This document shows positions 9,399 to 18,671 of a DNA stretch of 64,000 nucleotides, in pieces (position 1 is the first letter of the stretch; each line of letters begins with the position of its first letter). A program made the position numbers and the translations under genes. The notes below the pieces were generated by a model. That model saw nothing but the letters and a program-made list of their open reading frames with translations. It was not told where the DNA came from and made no database searches. The stretch covers positions 18,835-82,834 of the forward strand of contig CAZTNA010000002.1 in assembly GCA_964615305.1 (NCBI GenBank), given 5' to 3'. This DNA comes from an uncultured Chitinophaga sp. (GTDB taxonomy: Bacteria > Bacteroidota > Bacteroidia > Chitinophagales > LD1).

Positions 9399-10316
9399 AT
9401 GCATAAAATTTCGTACAAAATTTTTAATGGCAAGTTGCTGTTGTTTGGAGAGCATATTATCAACAAAGGGGCAAAGGGCTTGGCTGTTCCTATTGACCAG
9501 TTTAGTGGCTTATTCAAACTAGGTGATTTAAAGAAGAAAGAAATACGAGAATCGAATAAACTGCTCGAACTATTTGCCAATTATATTATCCATAATGCTG
9601 AACTGGCCGGGCAATATGACACTAACCAGTTTTTAGAGGATATAGAGCGAGGTTTGTATTTCGATTCGAACATACCTCAGGGTTACGGTTTGGGCAGCAG
9701 CGGTGCGTTGGTGGCTGCAGTTTATTATCAATACCGCAAATTCAGAAAGAAAAATATTGTATTGAGCGATTTGAAGAACGACTTAGCTCAACTAGAGAAC
9801 TACTATCACGGCAAAAGCAGCGGATTAGATGCGCTAGTTTGTTTTATGGATAAAAGTGTGTTGATTAACAACGGTGAGGTGGCAGAAGCATTTGATTTTG
9901 TAAAGCCGGAAACCGGAGCCATAAAAGTTTTTTTGATTAACACACATATTGCACGCAGCACCTCGCCTTTTGTAAATCTGTTTCTTGAAAAGTGTAAACA
10001 AGATAAATTTATGAGTGCCGTAATGCAAAGTTTGGTGCCTGCCACCAATATTGCCATTGAAAGTTTTAGGCAACGCAAATATGTACCACTGTTGAGTTCG
10101 TTGAAGATTATTTCGCAATTGCAGTTTGATATGCTGCCTGAATTTATTCCTGCTGATTATAAAACCTTGTGGAGTGATGGGTTAAAACACAATCAGTTTT
10201 ACCTAAAGATATGCGGTGCTGGTGGTGGTGGTTTTATTATTGGTTTTGCAAAAGCCGATGCCGATTTGCATTTGCTGTTGGGGGCAAAAGATGTATGTGA
10301 ACTATTAGTTGTTTAA
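9399..10316 (+). CDS. GHMP kinase, most likely mevalonate kinase
   Basis: 'GKLLLFGEHIINKGAKGLAVPI' is present together with the GHMP motif 'PQGYGLGSSGALVAAV'. The gene starts 3-6 nt after the mvaD stop. I cannot separate mevalonate kinase from phosphomevalonate kinase by eye. Confidence 0.7.
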   Translation: MHKISYKIFNGKLLLFGEHIINKGAKGLAVPIDQFSGLFKLGDLKKKEIRESNKLLELFANYIIHNAELAGQYDTNQFLEDIERGLYFDSNIPQGYGLGSSGALVAAVYYQYRKFRKKNIVLSDLKNDLAQLENYYHGKSSGLDALVCFMDKSVLINNGEVAEAFDFVKPETGAIKVFLINTHIARSTSPFVNLFLEKCKQDKFMSAVMQSLVPATNIAIESFRQRKYVPLLSSLKIISQLQFDMLPEFIPADYKTLWSDGLKHNQFYLKICGAGGGGFIIGFAKADADLHLLLGAKDVCELLVV

Positions 10317-10336
10317 CAGCAGAAACAAAGGTTAAC

Positions 10337-11278
10337 TCATAGGTTTCGCGTTGCCCTTCTTTCTTCTTTTGCGCTTATTACTTTATGCAATGGCGCAACC
10401 CCAGAACGGTAATAAAGATAAATAAACAGAATGCTTATTGCGTTAAGTATATGCCACAAGGCATGTCCCTGAAAAATACTTTCAGGATTGCATACTGTGT
10501 TGGTGCGATCTAGAAGCCAAATAATGCCACTTAACAAGAGAATAGAAAAAGCCGCCCACATATATTTTGTAAAGTAGTGCTCTTTACTTACAAACAGCAG
10601 GTAATAACAACTCGTAACAAACACAATAGCTACTAAAACAGGAAACAATAGATTGATATTTACTTTGTAAAGAGTGGCGTATATCAGGTAGTTTACCCCT
10701 AAGCCAAAAAGAATCATTAAAGCATGTGAACTTCTGTACTTACCTCTAATTCGTACAAGCGGAAATATTTTGTAGAGATTAAACACCAGCACAATTACAG
10801 CCACTGAACACATACTTGTTTGATCAAGTTTCTGAAAGAACTCGGTAAGAGAAGCATGATAAAAAAAACTGCCAACAAAAAGGTAGATAGCTGATGCGCC
10901 AAACATGATGGAGAATATTGGATAGCGCACTAAAAAATTGTCTGACTGTTTGCGCTCCGCATATTTCAAATCATGAATGCCAAGCGTAAGTGTAAACAAA
11001 CCGACTAAAAAGAAACCGAGATTACTCCACGTATTAGCCGGCTGACGGATGAGTTCATCCATGCGGTTCATTTCGCAAAAATGGAAAGCGTTTCCATTGG
11101 CTTGGCTCATCTTTTCCCACAAGTCGGTAAACTGAAACAGGGTATAGTAAAGTATGAGCGATAAAGTAGAAAGTAAGAACACAATAGCCGGAAGCAGAAA
11201 CATTTTAAAGTTAAGCCGCTCGAAGTATAACCGGGTGCGCAGCAGGTGCCATCTGATATGTAGACCAATTTTTACCAT
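10337..11278 (-). CDS. 7-TM alkaline ceramidase / CREST-superfamily-like membrane hydrolase
   Basis: A polytopic membrane protein carrying the ordered motifs 'PANTWSN', 'FYHASLTEFFQKLDQTSM' and 'HALWH'. An alternative start is possible at 11203 (MFLLPAIV). Confidence 0.5.
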   Translation of the reverse strand: MVKIGLHIRWHLLRTRLYFERLNFKMFLLPAIVFLLSTLSLILYYTLFQFTDLWEKMSQANGNAFHFCEMNRMDELIRQPANTWSNLGFFLVGLFTLTLGIHDLKYAERKQSDNFLVRYPIFSIMFGASAIYLFVGSFFYHASLTEFFQKLDQTSMCSVAVIVLVFNLYKIFPLVRIRGKYRSSHALMILFGLGVNYLIYATLYKVNINLLFPVLVAIVFVTSCYYLLFVSKEHYFTKYMWAAFSILLLSGIIWLLDRTNTVCNPESIFQGHALWHILNAISILFIYLYYRSGVAPLHKVISAKEERRATRNL

Positions 11279-11372
11279 GTAATATGACAGGTTACGAAGT
11301 TTTTCTTTAAAAGTTTTCGAAAATAGACGATTGAGCGAAAGAAAATATTTTACAGCGCGAAAAATCTTTTTT

Positions 11373-11380
11373 TAGGTTTG
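11373..11380 (+). promoter_or_regulatory. candidate -7 box (TAGGTTTG) 4 nt before the HMG-CoA lyase GTG start
   Basis: An exact TAnnTTTG match. If functional, it implies a leaderless or near-leaderless mRNA. Confidence 0.25.
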
Positions 11381-11384
11381 AACC

Positions 11385-12248
11385 GTGAGCAATTCTCCGG
11401 TAAAAATTATTGAATGTCCGCGCGATGCTATGCAGGGCATAAAACAGTTTATATCTACTGAAAAGAAGATAGCTTACATCAACAAGCTATTAAAAGTTGG
11501 TTACTACGCCATTGACTTTGGAAGCTTTGTTTCACATGAACTAATACCCCAAATGGCAGATACGGCTGAGGTGGTAGAGCAACTTGATTTGAGCAGTTCT
11601 AACACTAAGTTAATAGCTATTGTGGCTAATGAACGCGGTGCGCGCGATGCTTGTGCACATAAGGAGATTCATAGCCTGGGCTTTCCGTTTTCGGTCTCTG
11701 AAACATTTCAAAGACGCAACTCTAACGCTAGTATTTTAGAGGCTTTAGAGCGTGTTAAAAAGATACGGCAACTTTGCTCAAACGCCAACAAGGAGCTTGT
11801 TATTTATATCAGTATGGGGTTTGGAAATCCGTATGGCGATGCTTACAGCCCGCAGATAGTTGAAGATTGGGTGCAGAAACTTTCGGTGCTTGATGTAAAC
11901 ACATTTATGCTCAGCGACACGGTAGGCGTTGCCGATCCCCAAAATATAGCTTATCTATTTTCTACTCTGATAAAGTCATTGCCACATCTTGAGTTTGGGG
12001 CACATTTACATACAGCACCACACAACTGGAAGGTGAAAATAGATGCAGCATACAACAACGGATGTCGCAGGTTCGATTCCGTTATTAAAGGATATGGCGG
12101 CTGCCCAATGGCAAAAGACGATTTGCTGGGCAATATGCCCACTGAAAACCTTCTCAACTATTTTTCAAATGAACAATTAGGTAATGCCATGAATATAGCA
12201 GCCTTTGAAGATGCTCTACGCGAGTCATCATCTGTTTTTCCTAAATAA
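11385..12248 (+). CDS. hydroxymethylglutaryl-CoA lyase
   Basis: 'VKIIECPRDAMQG' carries the catalytic R-D pair near the N-terminus, which forces the GTG start. 'FGAHLHT' and 'FDSVIKGYGGCP' are also present. Confidence 0.85.
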   Translation: MSNSPVKIIECPRDAMQGIKQFISTEKKIAYINKLLKVGYYAIDFGSFVSHELIPQMADTAEVVEQLDLSSSNTKLIAIVANERGARDACAHKEIHSLGFPFSVSETFQRRNSNASILEALERVKKIRQLCSNANKELVIYISMGFGNPYGDAYSPQIVEDWVQKLSVLDVNTFMLSDTVGVADPQNIAYLFSTLIKSLPHLEFGAHLHTAPHNWKVKIDAAYNNGCRRFDSVIKGYGGCPMAKDDLLGNMPTENLLNYFSNEQLGNAMNIAAFEDALRESSSVFPK

Positions 12249-13541
12249 AAAAAAGAAGTTGGTAGCTATGTATTTTTGGTTTACTGCCACACAGCCTGCA
12301 AAAAAGAGCAGAGGTAATATTGGGGCTTTATAGCGCATCATGTTACCCACCACGGGGGTACACATTCCAATAAGTGCCATAAAACTCAAAGATGTAAGAG
12401 CGCAAAACATAACCAGATTAAGGTGAGGCATACAACGCCATTTAACATAGGTAAGTAGCCAAATGATGAATGAGAGGTAAACAAAGTTTTCAATTGTGCT
12501 TAATACCTTTAACATAGTGTCAGCTTCAAAGGGGTAAGGTCGCATCAGCATGTTCCAAACCCCTGTAGCCGAAGCTTCCAGAATACTGGTTATACTCGGA
12601 AATACCTCCGGAATTTCAATAATACTGCCTGCGTTAAAATAAGCAGCTTCTTTTGCTGCATGTGCGTATTTGTTGGCCAGCATTTGCGGCAAGTTTAGTT
12701 TCGGATTTATCCGGTGAATATTGAACGCAGCCAATAAGCAAAGTAGATACACCACTGCATATTTTAGTAGTATAAATCTGGCTTTGTATCTGCCTTTAAA
12801 GATGAGGTACGAAATGGCAGCAGGTAGCACACAGACTAATACAAAAAATTTAGTAAGCAGAACAACAACAGCACCGCATATTATGGCCAGGGTGCTTTTA
12901 ACCCATAAAGGTGATGAGAAATTAAGTATTCCGGAAGTTAATAAGCCCAACCCTAAGATGAGCAATGGTTCTTTTGTTACACCACTGTTCCAAAATAGCA
13001 CAGAGGGTAAAAACAAAACAGGCAATGATAAGATAAGGTCGGCCTGATTTACTCTTTTGAAAATGGCATTGGTCATGAGCACTATTCCCAGTAGCGATAG
13101 AAAACAGAAAAACAACACATGCACTAAGTAGGTGTTGAATGATAAAAAGAGCAGGATTGTGTTCACCCGAATAACAAATCTATTAGCATTGAAAGGCGAT
13201 TCGTCAAAGTTTCTATGCCAGTTTTTTAAACCGGAAGTGTTGATCTGTTCATGAGTTACGCCTGTTAAAAATAAGTCGGCAAATGCTTTGGGGTTTTCTG
13301 TTGCTATATGTTTTAACGCTACTGCATTATCATAAAACTTGTGCACATCATTACGGGCAGTGTGGGTGTAGTAAAAAGTATAAACCAACCAGATAGCAAT
13401 ACCCGCAACAAACTTAATGTTGAACAGCAGTGTGGTAACCCACCATTTAAACCCGGCTATTTGGAAAAAAATGTATCGCTTAATTAGAAAATTAAACAGC
13501 AGCCAGTACAAGAAAGTAAGCAATATGCCAACTGAAAACAT
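12228..13541 (-). CDS. polytopic membrane protein of unknown function
   Basis: 437 aa with more than 10 hydrophobic segments and no motif I can assign. Its 3' end overlaps the convergent HMG-CoA lyase gene by 21 nt. Confidence 0.5.
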   Translation of the reverse strand: MFSVGILLTFLYWLLFNFLIKRYIFFQIAGFKWWVTTLLFNIKFVAGIAIWLVYTFYYTHTARNDVHKFYDNAVALKHIATENPKAFADLFLTGVTHEQINTSGLKNWHRNFDESPFNANRFVIRVNTILLFLSFNTYLVHVLFFCFLSLLGIVLMTNAIFKRVNQADLILSLPVLFLPSVLFWNSGVTKEPLLILGLGLLTSGILNFSSPLWVKSTLAIICGAVVVLLTKFFVLVCVLPAAISYLIFKGRYKARFILLKYAVVYLLCLLAAFNIHRINPKLNLPQMLANKYAHAAKEAAYFNAGSIIEIPEVFPSITSILEASATGVWNMLMRPYPFEADTMLKVLSTIENFVYLSFIIWLLTYVKWRCMPHLNLVMFCALTSLSFMALIGMCTPVVGNMMRYKAPILPLLFFAGCVAVNQKYIATNFFFLFRKNR

Positions 13542-13571
13542 TTGTAATACTAAGAGAAAAACTACTGTTTA

Positions 13572-14189
13572 CTATACACGCTGCTGCAACTGCGCTAAAA
13601 AAAAACTGAACAAGCGCGGCTCAAAAAGTACGGGAAACACAAAGCCAAATATTGAACCCGTAAAATGCGCTGTGTGGCCTATATTATCGGTGCCACGCTT
13701 GGCCATGTAAACACAATAGGCCAGGTAAAGTCCGCCAAAAACAAAAGCGGGAATTCCGATAGGTATAAAGAACAGGTAGATTTTGCCAAATGGATTAAAC
13801 AGTATAAAGCTGAATACTACGGCCGAAACGCCTCCACTGGCGCCTAAACTTCGATAGTTGTAGTTATCCTTTTGCCTGAATAAGTTGAGTACATCGGCTG
13901 TTGCTATAGCGCCAAAGTACATGAGCACATACAATACCATTCCTTTGGTTCCAAACGCATATTCAAATGCAGATTCCATGTACTCGCCAAAACTGTAAAG
14001 CGCAAACATGTTAAAGAACAAGTGCCCCATATCGGCATGAACGAAACCGTTACTTATAAGACGGTGCCATTCGTTATTGCGCCATATATTGTACGGAAAA
14101 AACAACAAGTTGTTAAGTAAAGCATGGTTACTAAAAGCGGCTAATGATATAACTACCGTAACCAGTATAATAAGAAGAGTAATGCTCAT
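13572..14189 (-). CDS. rhomboid-family intramembrane serine protease
   Basis: 'WHRLISNGFVHADMGHLFFNMF' is present with the catalytic 'GASGGVSAVVF' and a downstream 'HFTG' His. Confidence 0.85.
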   Translation of the reverse strand: MSITLLIILVTVVISLAAFSNHALLNNLLFFPYNIWRNNEWHRLISNGFVHADMGHLFFNMFALYSFGEYMESAFEYAFGTKGMVLYVLMYFGAIATADVLNLFRQKDNYNYRSLGASGGVSAVVFSFILFNPFGKIYLFFIPIGIPAFVFGGLYLAYCVYMAKRGTDNIGHTAHFTGSIFGFVFPVLFEPRLFSFFLAQLQQRV

Positions 14190-14452
14190 GTGGCTAAAGT
14201 ATATTTTGATGGGGTAAGTAATAGTGTTCAGATTAGTTGTTGATTATTGACCCTAATGCTGAAAATTTATCATTTAGTGGCAAGGATGTGTGATACTTCG
14301 GAAGATGTGTTGAAGTGTATAGTACTAGCTTCAAAAACAGCATTCTTTTTTTTAAGTAAGCACCTCGGTTAACTTCGCTATTCACTCCAAAAATCTTTTG
14401 CAACCCACTGCGCTAGCAAATATCTTTGAAATGGTATCACTAAGCACGGTAG

Positions 14453-14842
14453 CTATTTTTTTAACTCCTGCAATTGTTTGTAAAGAAAACCCACCTCAAT
14501 AACTGTAAACAGGGCGTAGTAAAAAAGAAAGTGAAGAATAATGGCGCGTTTGTTTTCATCACTGTAAAGTAGCAGAATAATTAATAGCAGCAGGTAAAGC
14601 ATAAACTTAAACACGGTAGTGGCCATATATTTATTTACGAATGCCTGGGTATTGCCTTTGGCTGCCCTCATTAAAAAACTATGCAAAGCGGTTACTGAGA
14701 ACGAAAAAAAACCGAGAAGTAAAAAGCCTGACCGCAGATGCAAATGTTGCGGGGCGTTTGCATTCCACAGCCATTGCAACACAGCACAAACAACTGTTGT
14801 CAGCAGTATTATCAGCTGAAATTTCGAAGAGATATTTTTCAT
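14453..14842 (-). CDS. small 4-TM membrane protein, unknown function
   Basis: 129 aa with four hydrophobic helices. Its start codon overlaps the MCC-alpha stop (ATGA on the minus strand). Confidence 0.55.
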   Translation of the reverse strand: MKNISSKFQLIILLTTVVCAVLQWLWNANAPQHLHLRSGFLLLGFFSFSVTALHSFLMRAAKGNTQAFVNKYMATTVFKFMLYLLLLIILLLYSDENKRAIILHFLFYYALFTVIEVGFLYKQLQELKK

Positions 14843-16860
14843 TTATCACTGTTGGCTTTTAGTTTCAATAATTCAGCACCAGCCTCTACAAAACTCTTTT
14901 CTATTACATAAACTTCCTCTACCTCTCCATCAGAAGCTGCTTCTATAGTAGTTTCCATTTTCATTGAATTCATGATCAGTAATACTGTTCCGCTCTTTAC
15001 ATAGTCTCCGGGCTTTACGATAACCTTTAGTATTTCACCCGGCATGGGCGCTGTGTATCTGTTTTTAAAAGCTGTTTCGTATGGCTCTATAAATCTCGGA
15101 CGTTCTTCAAAATGAAATGTACCGGCAGTAGGGTGATGTATATAGCACAACAGATCGTCACCGGCTATACAATAGTTTTTGCTATGACTGTCAACTTCTA
15201 TTCTGTAGTTGAACCGGGTTGGTGCGGCATACACCACCTCGTAATTTTCGTTCTGAATGGTTATACTAAATCTGTTTTTTTGTCGGTAGAGGTATTCAAC
15301 TTTCAGTAATGTTCCGTTATTTTCAAGTTCAATGATTTGCGGTTGGTAAGGTATGTTTCGCCAGCCATTAAGCGAGTGCTCAAATCGTTCGCTCTCGTTC
15401 CTGCAAATCCAAAAGAAAATGGTAGCAGCAATGGCAGCTTCATGTAAACTGGTTTGTGTAATGATTTTTTTGTAAGATGAAAACTCGCGTTCAATTAGAT
15501 TGGTATCGAAACTACCATCAATAAATGAGGGATGTTGTATTAGTTCTTTTAGGAAATCTTTATTGGTGGTAACACCTAATATGGGGTAAGCGCTGAGGGC
15601 ATTCACCATTTTTTGAATGGCACTTGCCCTGTCTTCAGTAATTACAATAAGTTTAGACAACAAAGAGTCGTAATAGGCCGGCACAGTACTTAGAGAATCT
15701 ATCCCTGTGTCGCTTCGTAGCGAAAAAGTATTGGGGTGCTGTGTATAAAAAACGGTGCCGGTTGAGGGCAAAAATTTGTTTTCGGGATCTTCTGCACAAA
15801 TGCGGCATTCTATGGAGTGCCCACGCTGCTGAACAGTTTCGGTTAAGCTGTCAAGTGAACTACCTGTACAAACTAGCATCTGAGCACCTACCAAATCAAT
15901 CCCAATCACCATTTCGGTAACCGGATGTTCCACTTGCAATCGTGTGTTTACCTCAAGAAAATAAAAATTTTGGTTCTCATCGAGCAGAAACTCAACCGTG
16001 CCCAGGTTGGTGTAGTTTACTTCGCGGGCTATGGCAAGAGCTGCCTCGCCCATTTCGGTTCGTAGTTCATCATTTAACGATGGCGAAGGACTCTCTTCTA
16101 CAATCTTTTGATACCGTCTTTGCAAAGAACATTCGCGATCAAACATGTTTATATAATTGCCGTGCAAATCGCCTACAATCTGAAATTCTATATGTTTTGC
16201 TTTTGTAAAATACTTTTCAAGAAGTAAACTTCCATCGCCAAAACTACTCTCGGCTTCGCGCTTAGCACTTTCAAAGGCAGTTTCCAACTCATCTGCTTGG
16301 TAAACTATCCTCATGCCTTTACCGCCTCCACCGGCACTGGCTTTCAGTAAAACAGGATATCCAATTTCTTCGGCCTCGTATTTAAAACGCCCAATGGCTT
16401 GGTCTGTACCATTATAGCCTGGTACAATAGGCACACCGGCTCGCTGTGCTATTTCTTTGGCTTTAATTTTAGACCCTAACAACGAAATAACTTCGGGGGA
16501 TGGTCCAATAAAAGTTATACCTTCATCGGCACAACGTTGCGCAAAAGCTGCATTCTCTGCTAAAAAACCATAGCCCGGGTGTATGGCATCTGCTTCGGTT
16601 CGTTTCGCAGCTTCAATAATTTTATCCTGATCAAGATACGATTCTGCTGGTGTGTTACCTCCTATACAAACCGACTCATTGGCTACTGTGGTGAACAGGG
16701 CGTGTCTATCGGCTTCGGAATAAACGGCCACTGTGCTAATTCCCATTTCGCCAACAGTACGCATTATGCGCATAGCAATTTCGCCACGGTTGGCTATTAG
16801 CAGTTTACTTATTCTTGCCGGCTTCGGTTGTAGAGGATTATCTCCTTTTTTCTTAGACAT
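14839..16860 (-). CDS. biotin-dependent acyl-CoA carboxylase alpha subunit (biotin carboxylase + BCCP), probably 3-methylcrotonyl-CoA carboxylase
   Basis: 'LLIANRGEIAMRIMRT' and the ATP-grasp motif 'ASAGGGGKGMRIV' are present. The biotinylation motif 'NSMKMETTIEA' sits near the C-terminus. The MCC assignment comes from the adjacent beta subunit and the HMG-CoA lyase context. Confidence 0.8.
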   Translation of the reverse strand: MSKKKGDNPLQPKPARISKLLIANRGEIAMRIMRTVGEMGISTVAVYSEADRHALFTTVANESVCIGGNTPAESYLDQDKIIEAAKRTEADAIHPGYGFLAENAAFAQRCADEGITFIGPSPEVISLLGSKIKAKEIAQRAGVPIVPGYNGTDQAIGRFKYEAEEIGYPVLLKASAGGGGKGMRIVYQADELETAFESAKREAESSFGDGSLLLEKYFTKAKHIEFQIVGDLHGNYINMFDRECSLQRRYQKIVEESPSPSLNDELRTEMGEAALAIAREVNYTNLGTVEFLLDENQNFYFLEVNTRLQVEHPVTEMVIGIDLVGAQMLVCTGSSLDSLTETVQQRGHSIECRICAEDPENKFLPSTGTVFYTQHPNTFSLRSDTGIDSLSTVPAYYDSLLSKLIVITEDRASAIQKMVNALSAYPILGVTTNKDFLKELIQHPSFIDGSFDTNLIEREFSSYKKIITQTSLHEAAIAATIFFWICRNESERFEHSLNGWRNIPYQPQIIELENNGTLLKVEYLYRQKNRFSITIQNENYEVVYAAPTRFNYRIEVDSHSKNYCIAGDDLLCYIHHPTAGTFHFEERPRFIEPYETAFKNRYTAPMPGEILKVIVKPGDYVKSGTVLLIMNSMKMETTIEAASDGEVEEVYVIEKSFVEAGAELLKLKANSDK

Positions 16861-16899
16861 ACTTTTGTTGCTTTATAGAAACTTACTACCTGTTGTTAA

Positions 16900-18558
16900 T
16901 TACATTCTAAAAACTCCGTAACCCTTAGCCCCCTTAATTTCGGTACTATAAATTACTTGAAGGCATAGTTTTAAGTAATTGCGTGTTTCGCGCGGATCAA
17001 TAACCCCATCGTCCCAAACCTGCCCGCTGGCAAACCACGCATTGCTTTGCTTATCGGCTTCTTTTATCATGTACTCAGCCATTTTACTTCCTTGGTGTTC
17101 ATCGTACTCTATTCCCGATTTTTCTGCTGCCTGCCTGCCAATGGTTTGCATAACACCTGCAAGTTGCTCAGGCCCCATTACAGCAATTTTTGAATTTGGG
17201 TAAGTAAACAGAAACCTCGGTTTAAATGCTCGGCCACACATAGCATAGTTTCCCGCACCATAACTGGCTCCGGTAATAATGGTAATGGCCGGTACAGTAG
17301 AATTACTTACGGCATTTATCATTTTTGCTCCGTGTTTTATTATGCCTTCTTCTTCATATTTTTTGCCCACCATAAACCCGGTTATGTTTTGAAGAAAAAG
17401 CAAAGGAATATTGCTTTGATTACACAGTTGAATAAACTGTGCCCCTTTGTTAGCCGCATCTGGAAACAACACTCCGTTGTTCGCAATAATACCTAGTTGG
17501 TATCCTCCAATTTTAGCATAAGCCGTTATGAGTGTTGTGCCAAACAATGGCTTAAACTCACTCAGGTCAGATTCATCAACAATCCGCGTCATAAGTTCGC
17601 GCTGGTCAAAAGCGGTGCGTACATCAGCTGAAACAACTCCAAGTATTTCTTCCTCATCGTAGGATGGCTCTACATCAACCTTTCCCAGTTCGCCCTTTGT
17701 AACTGAAAAGTCACGTAAAATATTTTCAACCGTTTTTGTAGTGCGAACTTCTTCGAGGCCACCGGCCGGTTTAATAGCAGAAATAATTTCGCGAGCTATC
17801 CTAATACCGTCACTTTCGTCTTCCGCCATATAATCGGCCACCCCGGAAACAGTAGCGTGCATGTTGGCTCCGCCTAAGCTTTCTTCATCGGTAACTTCGT
17901 TGGTGGCCATTTTTACCAAAGGCGGACCGGCTAAAAAAACCTTGGCTTCGTTCTTTACCATTATCACATAATCGCTCATGCCGGGGATATACGCTCCGCC
18001 TGCTGTACTACTGCCAAATACTATGCTGATGGTTGGTATGGCCTCTTTGCTTCGCTGTGTTATGCCTCTGAAATTTGCCCCGCCATAGTTGAAAATTTTT
18101 GCCTGGTCAGGCAGGTTGGCACCTGCGCTTTCTACCATGTTTATCATGGGTAGTTTATTCTCTAAAGAAATTTCTCCAATACGTAATCCCTTCTGCAGTG
18201 TAGCGTAATCAATTGCTCCGCCTTTAATGGTTCCTACGTTTGAGTTTATCATACATAAAGCGCCACTCACGAAACCAATACCCGCTACTACGGTTCCGCC
18301 TGTGCCAAAGCCATCTGTTCCCCATCCGGCAAAGGGGCATAACTCCATAAAGGGTGAATCGCGGTCGAGGAGTAGTTCTATTCTTTCGCGAGCTAAGAGG
18401 CGACCAGCTTTTTTTGTTCGTGCTAAGTATTTTTCCTCGCCCTGAAACAAGGCTTCTTTTTGCTTGGCTTCCAGTTCAGCAATTTTTTCGTACATCAGCT
18501 TTAAATTTTGCTGATATGTTTCTGACTTGGTATTTATACGGCTTTTGTAGAATGACAT
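16900..18558 (-). CDS. acyl-CoA carboxylase carboxyltransferase (beta) subunit, probably methylcrotonyl-CoA carboxylase beta
   Basis: The carboxyltransferase fold is indicated by 'LLARERIELLLD', 'GGAYIPGMSD' and 'GASYGAGNYAMCGRAF'. The start at 18558 (MSFYKSRINT) is preferred over the track start at 18618. Confidence 0.8.
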   Translation of the reverse strand: MSFYKSRINTKSETYQQNLKLMYEKIAELEAKQKEALFQGEEKYLARTKKAGRLLARERIELLLDRDSPFMELCPFAGWGTDGFGTGGTVVAGIGFVSGALCMINSNVGTIKGGAIDYATLQKGLRIGEISLENKLPMINMVESAGANLPDQAKIFNYGGANFRGITQRSKEAIPTISIVFGSSTAGGAYIPGMSDYVIMVKNEAKVFLAGPPLVKMATNEVTDEESLGGANMHATVSGVADYMAEDESDGIRIAREIISAIKPAGGLEEVRTTKTVENILRDFSVTKGELGKVDVEPSYDEEEILGVVSADVRTAFDQRELMTRIVDESDLSEFKPLFGTTLITAYAKIGGYQLGIIANNGVLFPDAANKGAQFIQLCNQSNIPLLFLQNITGFMVGKKYEEEGIIKHGAKMINAVSNSTVPAITIITGASYGAGNYAMCGRAFKPRFLFTYPNSKIAVMGPEQLAGVMQTIGRQAAEKSGIEYDEHQGSKMAEYMIKEADKQSNAWFASGQVWDDGVIDPRETRNYLKLCLQVIYSTEIKGAKGYGVFRM

Positions 18559-18671
18559 AAGCGGTTGAAGTATGTTTGAATTTTCGAAGATGTAAAATTT
18601 AATGGTAAGCGAAAGCAAACAAGAGGGTTTGAGTTTACAGCCACTGCTTTTTCATTTTATATTAGCCGCGT

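Noticed and set aside
12070-12080. GGTTCGATTCC, a tRNA T-arm-like string
   Set aside because: It lies in frame inside the HMG-CoA lyase CDS ('CRRFDSV'). I could not fold a flanking acceptor, D or anticodon arm.
12721-13047. Internal antisense ORFs inside long genes (for example 12721-13047, 2159-2344, 6453-6779, 15942-16208, 38737-39012, 49057-49359, 50778-51026, 58041-58292)
   Set aside because: Each lies wholly within a longer ORF that has clear family motifs. Their translations are compositionally odd (Cys/Arg/His-rich or low complexity), and none has a promoter box or independent intergenic space.
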